Source of the DNA: Candidatus Argoarchaeum ethanivorans
GTDB lineage: Archaea; Halobacteriota; Methanosarcinia; Methanosarcinales; EX4572-44
DNA: 64,000 nucleotides
Assembly: GCA_004193545.1 (NCBI GenBank)
Contig: RPGO01000029.1
Span: 20,096-84,095, forward strand
Reading direction: 5' to 3'
Shown: positions 1 to 9,767 of the stretch, in pieces
Numbering within the stretch: the first letter of the stretch is position 1
Layout of the letters: the number at the start of each line of letters is the position of its first letter
The notes under the pieces: model-generated
Databases searched by the model: none
Told to the model about the DNA's origin: nothing
The model's input: only the letters and a program-made list of their open reading frames with translations
Made by a program: the position numbers and the translations under genes

Positions 1-1362
1 TTCTCGACCGAACTCATTGTCTTCTTGAATCGCTGGACCAACGACTGACCAACCAGCGTCTTTGGCATGGATCATGAGCGCACGGGCTGCAGCAATCGCC
101 CTATTTCGTGCATCTTCACTGGAAGGGAGCGGCAACGGAACGAGCAACTCTGTAAACACCTTAGCTTCGTCAACATTATGATCGAGAAGATCACCGAGCA
201 GAGTGCCCATACAAACAGGCTTCAACTTCTCATCCTCTGCATTATTCAACAGAGCATCAGCCAGACGGTCATCCCAACAGTATTCAACCTCGCGGGTGAT
301 GAAGATGTGGTCATGTTCCTCATTCTGCTTATCGATCATAACCAGCAGGGCGCGAATAATATCATCAGGAGCGTGCTCGTACGCTAACTTCGTAAGCTTG
401 CGATGCGGGTTTTCATCCTCAACGCCACTCGATGTGGAGTAAGCAAGAATGATTGGTGCCCACTTCTTCCAGACATCAGTAGGGAGGGTAAAGATGAAAT
501 CAGGGGCTTCTTGCAACAGCAGCCGCAATGCCCTGTAGCCTGCAAACGCTATGGGGTATATGGTATTCGTGCCGAGCCACTCCTGTGTCTTTGGGTCCTG
601 CTCCAGTACATACCGCTTCGCAGTCTCCACAATTCTTGCTTTGGTTGCGGCATCAGCCACCTTCCACCCGGGAAGAACTGTAAGATCTGACTCAAGTTCA
701 TCCCCATAACGGGCGCGGTCCGGCTCAAGTGTCATCTCCCTGTTCAGATGCCACCATGCCGATAAGTTTCCAGACTCGCATTCATCCAAACATGAGGCGA
801 TTCGTTCCGCAGGCGGCGGATCTAAAATAGGGCGGGAATTGGCTTTATTCTCCCGTTCTTGCAGCTTCAAGTAATATGCCTTCATTTCTTGGGCTTCGGG
901 CGAGTTTAGCTCAACTGGACAATTCTTGAATTCATCGATTAACAGTGCCGCCAGATTATCGATTCGTAATAGGCATTCGTCCAGACTATCCAGAAAAACA
1001 TGAAGCTGATGTGTGCCATTTCTCCATGAAACAAATTCTTGACTTCCAAACAGTTTACGAAACAACATATAATCGCTTCCACACGAACGAAGATCCAACC
1101 AAAAGGTCGTACCACCTTCTTGTTCGAACCTGGTATTGATAGCGTTTCGTTCAGCGTCCATGGTCCGGGTCTTTCCAATTCCAGGTTCACCGAGCAGCAC
1201 CAAACACTGGATAGTTTCTATGGATTCAAACGTAACCACATCAGGATTGTAGATGTGTCCATACTCTGAATCCGGATCGTACAGATATCCGCGATCGGAG
1301 AGGTCGATGTTATCTGTCCTTGGGCACCAGAACCGCTTCCAATTATATCGCTCGTCAGACAT
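1..1362 (-). CDS. STAND/NACHT-like P-loop NTPase. Only the N-terminal 454 codons are in the window; the ORF runs off the left edge, so it is absent from the ORF track.
   Basis: Own translation from the ATG at 1362-1360 gives MSDERYNWKRFWCPRTDNIDLSDRGYLYDP... Walker A is LVLLGEPGIGKTRTM and the Walker B-like motif is LHVFLDSLDE. The frame is open to position 1, and the tail looks like helical repeats. Confidence 0.6.
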   Translation of the reverse strand, partial: MSDERYNWKRFWCPRTDNIDLSDRGYLYDPDSEYGHIYNPDVVTFESIETIQCLVLLGEPGIGKTRTMDAERNAINTRFEQEGGTTFWLDLRSCGSDYMLFRKLFGSQEFVSWRNGTHQLHVFLDSLDECLLRIDNLAALLIDEFKNCPVELNSPEAQEMKAYYLKLQERENKANSRPILDPPPAERIASCLDECESGNLSAWWHLNREMTLEPDRARYGDELESDLTVLPGWKVADAATKARIVETAKRYVLEQDPKTQEWLGTNTIYPIAFAGYRALRLLLQEAPDFIFTLPTDVWKKWAPIILAYSTSSGVEDENPHRKLTKLAYEHAPDDIIRALLVMIDKQNEEHDHIFITREVEYCWDDRLADALLNNAEDEKLKPVCMGTLLGDLLDHNVDEAKVFTELLVPLPLPSSEDARNRAIAAARALMIHAKDAGWSVVGPAIQEDNEFGRE

Positions 1363-1387
1363 CTTTACCCCCGTCACATTCATCAGC

Positions 1388-1723
1388 CTACATTTTCGAC
1401 TTTAGATTAACATGTATCTGGCATGTTTGTATCACCCCATCATACACATCTATAATCAGACTCACTTTTTTACTAATATTTAATACTCGTTCACAAAAAG
1501 CAGCAGTTAGAACACTGGTGCCAGCCCCAGGATCTAAAATACGAATTGTGTCATGGCGTATTTCAAATAGATTTGCCATAAATGTGCCCACCTTCTCGGG
1601 AGTGAACACTTGCCCTTTTTTCCTTATTCCAGCAGTGGGGGTTGTAGCATAGAGTTCAGACAACCTATCCGCGTACTCTAAAATTCCTTCCTGTTCGGAT
1701 CTTTTTGAAATTTTCATAAGCAA
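1388..1723 (-). pseudogene. N-terminal stub (111 aa) of an N6-adenine DNA methyltransferase (type I/IIG/BREX-like)
   Basis: It has QVFTPEKVGTFMA and the AdoMet motif I ILDPGAGTSVL, then terminates after about 110 aa. The catalytic NPPY/W region is absent. Confidence 0.5.
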
Positions 1724-1929
1724 ATCACATACGTGATATATTCAAACATTCAAACTCTTTACCTTTAGACCCATGGATAATTTTTCAGACAACTTAACAA
1801 TTATCCCTTGGTATCAAGCCATCCCACAAAAACCCATTCCAATCACACAGTCAACCAAACCTTCGCATGACCTCAACGATACGCTCCAAAAATAAAATAA
1901 TTTTTGGCTCTTCGCTGTTCAACACATAA

Positions 1930-3018
1930 TCATTCCCTGAGCATATATTCATCAATATTCTTTTCCACCATTTCTCTCTTTCTTCTATGCTCTTTGAGAT
2001 AATTATTAACTTTTTCTATGAAATATTCTTTAAGTTCTCCTGTTAACATGCTTCCGTCTCTGTAATCCTGTGCTATTTGTGCAAGTTTCCTGTCGTCTTC
2101 CTCAAAGAAATACTTTAAATAAAGAAAAGATACGTCTACATCCGGGTTGCCTCCTTTTTCCCTGTGTTCTTTGATGCTTGGCTGTCCACCCGAAAATGCA
2201 TATTTATGTACCTTACTGGCAACGGCATCTTCATCATCACTCAGCCATATAGCATTATTTCCACTGGAACTCATTTTCGGCCCTTCAAGCCCTGGTGCCA
2301 ATTTTTTGTGAATTGCAGCCGGCTTTTGAAAGCCAAACCTCTCTGCTATATCTCTTGTCAGCCTCATAAATGGATCCTGGTCTATCCCTATTGGCACTAA
2401 CGTTTGATGGGACCCCTCTATAAATTGTGGGTATAGTATGTGTGCTGCCTGCATCGCTGGATAGAATACCCAGCCAATGTTATTTTCCGGTTTCAATCCA
2501 AAAACAGCTTTTGCTGTAGAGTATGTGATCTTCTTGGCAACCTGGGAAGCATACCTGTATATCTTTGTGTGCTCGAAATCCTTGTGAACGATCGTTTTCT
2601 CCGGATCAAACCCCATTGCCAGTATATCCAGTATATTATCATCTGCAAATCTTTCCACATCCCCAACGTTCAGATACTCCTTTATATAGAATTTCTCGTC
2701 GTCTGATACAGGTATGTACACCGTGCATCCATACGTATCCTGGAAGTATTTTGGTATAGCATATAGAGTCAAATGTCCTATATGCATTCTCTCGGAGGGC
2801 CCTCTCCCACTAACTACAGAAACCTTTTCTTTGTTATCGTAAGCATTAAGCCATTTATCCAGATCCCTGTGAGAAAAACACATACCCCTTTTAACAGGAG
2901 GCGGCAGCGGCAGCTTCAATCTTGAAAACAGATGGTTATCTATAGACTGGGTGCCAAATTCTTCTATCAATCTATTATAGTCAATATCCCCCTCGACTTC
3001 CCACGGAGTTATGGGCAT
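1930..3018 (-). CDS. trpS: Tryptophan--tRNA ligase (archaeal type)
   Basis: 362 aa. It has the class I HIGH-like motif MHIGHL and the KMSKS-like motif KMSSS, and the overall layout of archaeal TrpRS. Confidence 0.93.
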   Translation of the reverse strand: MPITPWEVEGDIDYNRLIEEFGTQSIDNHLFSRLKLPLPPPVKRGMCFSHRDLDKWLNAYDNKEKVSVVSGRGPSERMHIGHLTLYAIPKYFQDTYGCTVYIPVSDDEKFYIKEYLNVGDVERFADDNILDILAMGFDPEKTIVHKDFEHTKIYRYASQVAKKITYSTAKAVFGLKPENNIGWVFYPAMQAAHILYPQFIEGSHQTLVPIGIDQDPFMRLTRDIAERFGFQKPAAIHKKLAPGLEGPKMSSSGNNAIWLSDDEDAVASKVHKYAFSGGQPSIKEHREKGGNPDVDVSFLYLKYFFEEDDRKLAQIAQDYRDGSMLTGELKEYFIEKVNNYLKEHRRKREMVEKNIDEYMLRE

Positions 3019-3029
3019 AATTGTATTTT

Positions 3030-3290
3030 CTATTCCTCGCTCAAACTCTCTGCAAGTTCGGTATCAATTATTATATAGTCCTTGGCTGAGCGTACTGATG
3101 CAAAAGGTATGTACATAATATTACCTTTCATTTTGAATTTGGTATCAGTGGCATGGTTTGGCTTTACTACCAGGTCTTTAAGTTCACCAGTTTTAGTATT
3201 TATTATTATATTTACAGCTGTTCCAAGTTCCACTCCATCCATGCTGGTTACAGATTTACGAGACATACTTTTTGCAAATACTTTTTCCAT
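3030..3290 (-). CDS. PRC-barrel domain protein
   Basis: 86 aa. The pattern VTSMDGVELGTAVNIIINTKTGELKDLVV is typical of small archaeal PRC-barrel proteins. Confidence 0.55.
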   Translation of the reverse strand: MEKVFAKSMSRKSVTSMDGVELGTAVNIIINTKTGELKDLVVKPNHATDTKFKMKGNIMYIPFASVRSAKDYIIIDTELAESLSEE

Positions 3291-3302
3291 GTTTTCTTCC
3301 TC

Positions 3303-6089
3303 TTATCTGTATCCTATATATGATTTTTGTTCTTTTGGTCTACCGCCTTTAAACTGGTCTTTGAGGCGTTCATAGTAATCCATTATGTTCTCTGCAAGAC
3401 TTGGGCGTACTTTTTTGAGTGCTTCTCTAAAGTGTTCCATTTCTACTTTTTCTGTGTTTATATCTTCTCTTAAAGCCAACATTACTGCTTCCCTGCAGAC
3501 TGCCTCTATGTCTGCTCCTGTATAGCCCTCTGTCAACTCTTTAAGCTCTTCGAAATCAACATCACTTGAAAGCGGTGTGTTTCTGGTATGTATCTTAAAT
3601 ATTTCAAAGCGTCCTTTTTTGGATGGCGGTTCAAGCAGCACCATTCGATCAAAACGTCCTGAGCGTATTAATGCAGGGTCTATAATATCGGGACGATTGG
3701 TGGCTGCTATGATGATCACATCTTCAAGTACTTCAAGACCATCAATCTCAGTCAGCAATTGGTTGACCATCCGCTCTATTGCTCGGTTCATTTCGTTGCC
3801 GCGTACCGGAGCTATAGCATCAATCTCATCAAAGAAGATAATCGATGGCGAGACCTGTTTTGCTTTTTTGAATATGTCTCTAATTGCTTTCTCAGACTCT
3901 CCCACCCATTTGGATACCAGTTGGGGTCCACGTATGCTGATAAAATTGGCTGCCGTTTCGTTGGCTACCGCTTTTGCAATGAGTGTTTTACCTGTACCGG
4001 GAGGCCCATAAAGGAGAATTCCTTTTGGTGGACGAATACCCATTTTTTTGAATTTTTCAGGTTGTGTAAGTGGCCATTCAACAGTTTCAAGTATGTCCTG
4101 TCGTACTTTTTCGAGGCCGCCAACGTCCTTCCATGTGTTTGTTGGAATTTCAATCAGTGCTTCCCGCATGGCTGATGGTTCAACTTCTTTTAGTGCATCA
4201 TCAAAATCTTTTTGTACAACTCTCATGCTTTCAAGAAGCTCTTTTGGTATTTCTTCATCAAGGTTTATCTGTGGAAGGTATCTGTGCAGTGCCTTCATCG
4301 CTGCTTCTTTGGCAAGGGCTGAAACATCTGCACCAACAAACCCGTGTGTTATTGAGGCGAGGTGGTCTAACATGGAGGCTGTTGAGTCTTCAATGACCTT
4401 TTTGATATATTCTGGCGAGACCACGTTTAGGTCTAACAGTGTCTCTTCGATTTTTCGTATTTTTTTGTCCTTTTGTTGTAGTATTTTATCCGGAAATATG
4501 TTTCTGATGTCTTCAGGTTCTCTGATGCTTTTAATGTGTTTGATTTCGCTTATGTCTGCTGCTATGGATTCTAGTATGCTTTTTTTCTCTTTTATTGCTT
4601 CATTTATTTCATTGATAGCAGCTATGTCTTTCTCCAATTTTTTAATATCGTTTTTATTATTATCTATTTCTTTTTCTAAATCTTCAATCCTGGATTTCAG
4701 ATGCTTTATCTGACCCTGTTTATTACTTATCACACTTAAAATTCTCTGAATTAACGGATCTTCAGCCTTTACCCTTTCCCCCTCCAATCTCTCAAGTTCA
4801 CCTTTAATCTCTTTTAACTCACGCTCAATATCACTCTTCTCCAATTCAAGAGACACTATCTTAGAAGTATTCTTAGAGATGCGCACAGTAGAATTTTTCT
4901 CAAAAGATGATAGTTCCTCCAAAAACACCTTCGCTACAACATCCTTTTCCCAGTGATAAATAGGCATCCCTTGCGTGTGTATCTGGAGTATTTCTTTTCG
5001 TTCTTCTCTATTAGGTGCGCCGATTTCTATTTCGCGATCGAATCTCCCTGGTCTTCGAAGTGCAGGGTCTACTGCATCGATTCGGTTGGTAGCACCGATT
5101 ACCACCACTTCCCCTCGCTCCTCAAGACCGTCCATCATTGTTAGAAGCTGAGCCACGACACGCCTCTCTACTTCACCTGTCACTTCTTCTCTTTTTGGTG
5201 CTATTGAATCGAGCTCGTCTATGAAGATGATGGCTGGAGCATTCTGGCTTGCTTCTTCAAATATTTCACGCATGCGATGTTCGCTCTCGCCATAGTATTT
5301 GGACATTATTTCAGGTCCTGCTATAGATATAAAATGTGCACCGGATTCGTTCGCTACCGCCTTTGCAATGAGTGTTTTGCCTGTGCCGGAAGGCCCATGT
5401 AGTAGAATGCCTTTTGGAGGCTCAATGCCAAGTTTGTTGAATATCTCGGGGTGTTTCATCGGCAGCTCTATCATCTCACGCACCCGCTGTATTTCTTTAC
5501 TTAAGCCGCCGACGTCTTCATAAGTTATTCCAGTAGCCATGCTTTCAAAACCACTAATGGGCTTTTCATGCAGTATCAGCTCTGTTTCACGGGTGATTAA
5601 TACTACTCCATCCGGCACTGTTTCTGCAGCTATAAGAGGTATAGCTTGTCCTGTTACTACTCGTCCAAGGAAAGGATGTTCCATAGTGCTCATCACAGGT
5701 ATTATATCACCTATGGCGATCGGTCGCTTCAATATTTGTTTTTTAACCATCCCGGGAGCGTCCCCGCCAAACTGAATTCTTGCACCCTCGGTTGGGGCAA
5801 GTACCACTTTTACTGCATCATGAACATCGGCTTTTTGCACTTTGACAACATCACCAATACTTGCTTCAGCGTTCTGTCGTATGAATCCATCAACACGGAT
5901 AGTCCCCTGGTCCCAGTCTGTTCTATCTGCTCGCCATACTTTTGCACCAGTGATTTTTTTACCCACTATTTCGATTATGTCTCCAGGCGAAAGCTTGAGG
6001 GTGAGCATGGTCTGGGGATCAAGTCTTGCAATGCCTCGACCTGAATCATTTGGATATGCTTTTGCAATTTTAAGTTTAATTTGTTGAAT
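3303..6089 (-). CDS. cdc48: CDC48/VCP-like double AAA+ ATPase with a large coiled-coil insertion in D1
   Basis: Two Walker A motifs ([16 protein letters not shown]) and two DExx boxes ([16 protein letters not shown]). The conserved N-domain [24 protein letters not shown] lies upstream of the track ATG at 6008, so the start is probably ATT at 6089-6087, behind GGAGG at 6102-6098. Confidence 0.9.
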   Translation of the reverse strand: MQQIKLKIAKAYPNDSGRGIARLDPQTMLTLKLSPGDIIEIVGKKITGAKVWRADRTDWDQGTIRVDGFIRQNAEASIGDVVKVQKADVHDAVKVVLAPTEGARIQFGGDAPGMVKKQILKRPIAIGDIIPVMSTMEHPFLGRVVTGQAIPLIAAETVPDGVVLITRETELILHEKPISGFESMATGITYEDVGGLSKEIQRVREMIELPMKHPEIFNKLGIEPPKGILLHGPSGTGKTLIAKAVANESGAHFISIAGPEIMSKYYGESEHRMREIFEEASQNAPAIIFIDELDSIAPKREEVTGEVERRVVAQLLTMMDGLEERGEVVVIGATNRIDAVDPALRRPGRFDREIEIGAPNREERKEILQIHTQGMPIYHWEKDVVAKVFLEELSSFEKNSTVRISKNTSKIVSLELEKSDIERELKEIKGELERLEGERVKAEDPLIQRILSVISNKQGQIKHLKSRIEDLEKEIDNNKNDIKKLEKDIAAINEINEAIKEKKSILESIAADISEIKHIKSIREPEDIRNIFPDKILQQKDKKIRKIEETLLDLNVVSPEYIKKVIEDSTASMLDHLASITHGFVGADVSALAKEAAMKALHRYLPQINLDEEIPKELLESMRVVQKDFDDALKEVEPSAMREALIEIPTNTWKDVGGLEKVRQDILETVEWPLTQPEKFKKMGIRPPKGILLYGPPGTGKTLIAKAVANETAANFISIRGPQLVSKWVGESEKAIRDIFKKAKQVSPSIIFFDEIDAIAPVRGNEMNRAIERMVNQLLTEIDGLEVLEDVIIIAATNRPDIIDPALIRSGRFDRMVLLEPPSKKGRFEIFKIHTRNTPLSSDVDFEELKELTEGYTGADIEAVCREAVMLALREDINTEKVEMEHFREALKKVRPSLAENIMDYYERLKDQFKGGRPKEQKSYIGYR

Positions 6090-6391
6090 ATGGCATTCCT
6101 CCTGAGATATAAATATACAACTTAGTCATGTACTACATTATATATATTGGTTTCTTTTATAGCTTCACACGTGAGGCTGTCAAATTACCTCGGAAATTTC
6201 GTATTTCTAATTTGACAGGTCTTTTTTGTTCTATTGAGGCTTCTTTGGTTTTGTCATTGGAAAGGTATATTGCCTAAGCAGACCTAAAGTTTTTATCTGG
6301 TTTTTTGTAATTATATTAGTCTGATCCAGTCGAAAATGTTGATAGCTGAAGCTGTGTTGGGGAACTCACAAGTTACCGGTTCTTTTCTGCA

Positions 6392-6475
6392 CTTGATTGC
6401 TGCGCAATCAAGAATTGAAAGCTACCTTGCTATTTTCTGCACAACGAAGTTGTGCAGTGCTCGCGCAATCAAGAA
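6392..6475. repeat. Cluster of palindromic hairpin repeats (classes C and A)
   Basis: cttgattgc-tgc-gcaatcaag at 6392-6412; ctgcacaac-gaa-gttgtgcag at 6437-6457; a half unit gcgcaatcaag at 6465-6475 that abuts the IS left end. Confidence 0.8.
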
Positions 6476-6480
6476 TTAAG

Positions 6481-7893
6481 TGACCGTTACATTACATGTT
6501 GGTGAATTTTAATAAGTTGATCGGTGTCTGAGTGTGATAAAATGTTTTGGAACATTAGATCTCAGACACCATCTGTAGCTGTTGTTTTTATTTCATAAAT
6601 ATTTACGTTTGTTACCAAAATATTTATAATACATAAAAATTATGTATATTATGTGATACCATGTTTTGGGATTTATTATGCGGAAAAAATAATCTACAGC
6701 TACAATTAAGCGATTTTGAAGATGAAAATTCAATTAAATCTTTAGAAACAACGATAAGAAATTTTAAATACAAAAATAAGTCCTCAAAAAGTGGATTTTG
6801 TAAACGATGTGGGAGCTACAAATTGATAGGTTGGGGTGGTTATAGAAGGAACATCCGGCACATGTATGCTAAGGATGAACGTGTTCGAGCGATTCGATTT
6901 AGGTGTAAGACATGTGGAAAAACATTCACAGTATTGCCCATTGGTGTTACTTTCTATAAACGATTTGGAGATAAAGATTATCAGGAAATGGTGGAACAGA
7001 GATGCAGTCGCGGCTCAGGTTATAGAAGATTATCGAGAAGAGGCAAAATCAAATACTGCAGCCATGTTACAATGTGGAGACAAATGCAAAAAACAGGACA
7101 ACAAACTCTTAATGCCTTTTTCGATCTTGGAGATTTAACATTTTCAGGCATAATAATAATTGATGAGAGGTGGCTTTCTGTAGGTAATGGAATCTTTCAT
7201 TTTGGATGTATTGCACTGGATGGAATAACCGGAAGAATGATTCTTGCAGAAGTCTATCCTGCATTTACGAAAAAAGAAGCAGAGGAATTCCTTCGATTGC
7301 TATCGAAATTAGTTGATGTTGAATTTTTGGTTGCAGATGATTCTGTAATTCAGGCTGTAATTAACAAAGTGTTTCCTGATGCTATCAGACAGTATTGCAT
7401 ATTCCATATCAAGAAGAACATTAAAAAAGCATTTCGTGAAACAAAATTGATGAAACTTTCAGGTGAAGCTGTTAAAGTTAGAAAAGAGATTTTGGATATT
7501 TTCAATGCAGAAACCAGTGATGAAGCAATTCGGAGATTAGCGATTTTAGTTGAAAAAAGACACACGTTGCCTCCGATGGCTCAAGATGTTGTGAACAGAT
7601 TAGTTGGTAAGATTGAATGTTTGTTCCGGTATCTTGATTACGACATTCCAAAAACATCCAATCAAGCAGAACATATTTTTTCCCTTTTTCAACCGATTAT
7701 TGATGCCGCAAAGAGTTTTTCAACGGGCGCTGGAAACTTTTTCAAGACTATTATGTTTTATAAAAATTTCCATTTCTATTCTTCGGGATCAAATAAAGAT
7801 AAGAATACAATGCATTCCATAGGAGTTAATTCAGATTCGATGTTTGATTTTATCCAATTGCCTTAAGAGCACCAACATGTAATGTAACGGTCA
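6481..7893 (+). mobile_element. Insertion sequence, 1413 bp, with perfect 24-bp terminal inverted repeats
   Basis: Left TIR tgaccgttacattacatgttggtg (6481-6504) is the exact reverse complement of 7870-7893. It holds a single transposase ORF. I could see no clear target-site duplication. Confidence 0.85.
6661..7866 (+). CDS. DDE-type transposase with an N-terminal zinc ribbon
   Basis: 401 aa. CKRCGS...RFRCKTCGKTF forms the zinc ribbon. Candidate DDE residues are IIIDERW, LVADDS and NQAEHIF. The IS family is not assigned. Confidence 0.75.
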   Translation: MFWDLLCGKNNLQLQLSDFEDENSIKSLETTIRNFKYKNKSSKSGFCKRCGSYKLIGWGGYRRNIRHMYAKDERVRAIRFRCKTCGKTFTVLPIGVTFYKRFGDKDYQEMVEQRCSRGSGYRRLSRRGKIKYCSHVTMWRQMQKTGQQTLNAFFDLGDLTFSGIIIIDERWLSVGNGIFHFGCIALDGITGRMILAEVYPAFTKKEAEEFLRLLSKLVDVEFLVADDSVIQAVINKVFPDAIRQYCIFHIKKNIKKAFRETKLMKLSGEAVKVRKEILDIFNAETSDEAIRRLAILVEKRHTLPPMAQDVVNRLVGKIECLFRYLDYDIPKTSNQAEHIFSLFQPIIDAAKSFSTGAGNFFKTIMFYKNFHFYSSGSNKDKNTMHSIGVNSDSMFDFIQLP

Positions 7894-7926
7894 AACAAAA
7901 ACGACACATCTTTATACAAACAATAG

Positions 7927-9762
7927 ATGACTGTTGTATGCTGTGATAAAATGTCAAGAAAAATGCTAAGAGTTGACCTAACATCAAAAACTTGTAAAGA
8001 AGAAGAAATCGATGAAGAAACTGCAAGAATGTTCCTTGGCGGAAGAGGTCTTGGAGTAAAGATACTATACGATGAACTGCAGGCTAATGTAGAGCCATTA
8101 TCTCAACAAAACATCATCGTAGTGGCAACAGGGCCTCTTACTGGAACGAAGAGTGCATCAAGCGGAAGGCACATAGTGGTTTCAAAAAGTCCAGCAACTG
8201 GTGGTCTAACGTTTGCAAGTGCAGGCGGTACATGGGCTACCGAGTTTAAAAAATGTGGATATGATGCAATTGTGGTAAAAGGAAAGGCTGAAAATCCGAC
8301 ATACATTTTAATAAATGATGAAAACGTTGAATTCAGGGATGCAGGCAAATTTTGGGGCAAACTTGTCAGTGAAGTGGATGATGGGATCAGAGCAGAAACT
8401 GATGAAGAAGCAAAAGTACTTCAAATAGGCATTGCTGGTGAAAAAAGATCACGTATGGCTGCAGTGATCAATGAGAAGTACCGTGCTGCCGGAAGGACAG
8501 GTCTTGGTGCTGTTTTTGGGAGTAAGAATCTTAAAGCAATCGTGGTAAAAGGCACAAAGGATGTAGAGGTTGCTAAACCTATCGCTTTTAGAAGAGCTGC
8601 AGACAAAGTGTTGAAGCTAATTTCAGAAAATGATGTTATGAAAGAGGGTGGGGCACTGAATACATACGGAACAACCGTGCTCACCAACATCATGAATGCT
8701 TCCGGAATATACCCAACAAAAAACTTCCAGACTGGAGTTTTTAAGGATGCAGATCTCATATCTGGTGAGCAAATAAAAAAAACAATCATGAAAGAGAAAA
8801 AAGCATGCTATGAATGTCCTACGGAATGTGGTCGCTGGATAAAAATAGAAAGCGGTAAATATGCTGGAACAGAAGGGGAGAGCCTTGAATATGAGTCGAG
8901 TTGGGCATTTGGCGGCGAATGTGGTGTGAATAATCTAAATGCGATCGCAAGAGCAAACTATCTCTGCAACGAGTATGGTCTTGATACAATATCAACTGGC
9001 TCAACAATAGGTTTCGCAATGGAACTCTTTGAGAAGGGAATCCTCTCAATCGATGATCTTGGCTTTGAACTGTCCTTTGGCGATGCAGATGCTATGATAA
9101 AAATGATAGAGCTAATTGCAAAAAGAAAGGGGTTTTTGGATGTACTCGCAGATGGGACAAAGCTTGCATCTCAAAAAATAGGAAAAAAATCAGAGTACTA
9201 TGCGATGCAGGTAAAAGGTTTGGAGCTTCCTGCCTATGATCCAAGAGGAGCTTTTGGTATTGGGTTAAATTATGCAACTGCAAACCGTGGAGCATGTCAT
9301 GTCAGCGGATACACGATCGCAGCCGAGATAATCGGGTCGCCACTAAAAGTTGACCCGGTTGATGCAAGCGAAGCCAAAGTGGATCTTACCATCCTATTCC
9401 AGAACCTCACTTCTGCGGTTGATTCGTCGAGCAATTGCCTCTTTTTAACCTTCGCGATAGGTGCTGATGAGTATGCAAACATGATCGCAGGAGTGACTGG
9501 CTGGGATGGGTACACACAAGATGAGTTTTTAAAGACAGGTGAGCGGATATTTGCACTGGAGAGACTGTTTAACAAGCGAGAAGGATTTGACCGAAAGGAC
9601 GACAAACTGCCTGAGAGATTTTTAATAGAAGAGATGCCAGAAGGTCCTGCAAAAGGAAAAGTGCATCCATTAGAAGACATGCTTACAATGTATTATGAGA
9701 GACGTGGCTATGATGAAGATGGATACCCTTCAAAACAAAAGTTAAATGAACTTGGGTTGTAG
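7927..9762 (+). CDS. aor: Aldehyde:ferredoxin oxidoreductase (tungstopterin AOR family)
   Basis: 611 aa. The N-terminus MLRVDLTSKTCKEEEIDEETARMFLGGRGLG is typical, as are the 4Fe-4S/pterin motifs CYECPTECGR and RGACHVSGY. The true start may be the internal MSRKM. Confidence 0.9.
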   Translation: MTVVCCDKMSRKMLRVDLTSKTCKEEEIDEETARMFLGGRGLGVKILYDELQANVEPLSQQNIIVVATGPLTGTKSASSGRHIVVSKSPATGGLTFASAGGTWATEFKKCGYDAIVVKGKAENPTYILINDENVEFRDAGKFWGKLVSEVDDGIRAETDEEAKVLQIGIAGEKRSRMAAVINEKYRAAGRTGLGAVFGSKNLKAIVVKGTKDVEVAKPIAFRRAADKVLKLISENDVMKEGGALNTYGTTVLTNIMNASGIYPTKNFQTGVFKDADLISGEQIKKTIMKEKKACYECPTECGRWIKIESGKYAGTEGESLEYESSWAFGGECGVNNLNAIARANYLCNEYGLDTISTGSTIGFAMELFEKGILSIDDLGFELSFGDADAMIKMIELIAKRKGFLDVLADGTKLASQKIGKKSEYYAMQVKGLELPAYDPRGAFGIGLNYATANRGACHVSGYTIAAEIIGSPLKVDPVDASEAKVDLTILFQNLTSAVDSSSNCLFLTFAIGADEYANMIAGVTGWDGYTQDEFLKTGERIFALERLFNKREGFDRKDDKLPERFLIEEMPEGPAKGKVHPLEDMLTMYYERRGYDEDGYPSKQKLNELGL

Positions 9763-9767
9763 TATGC

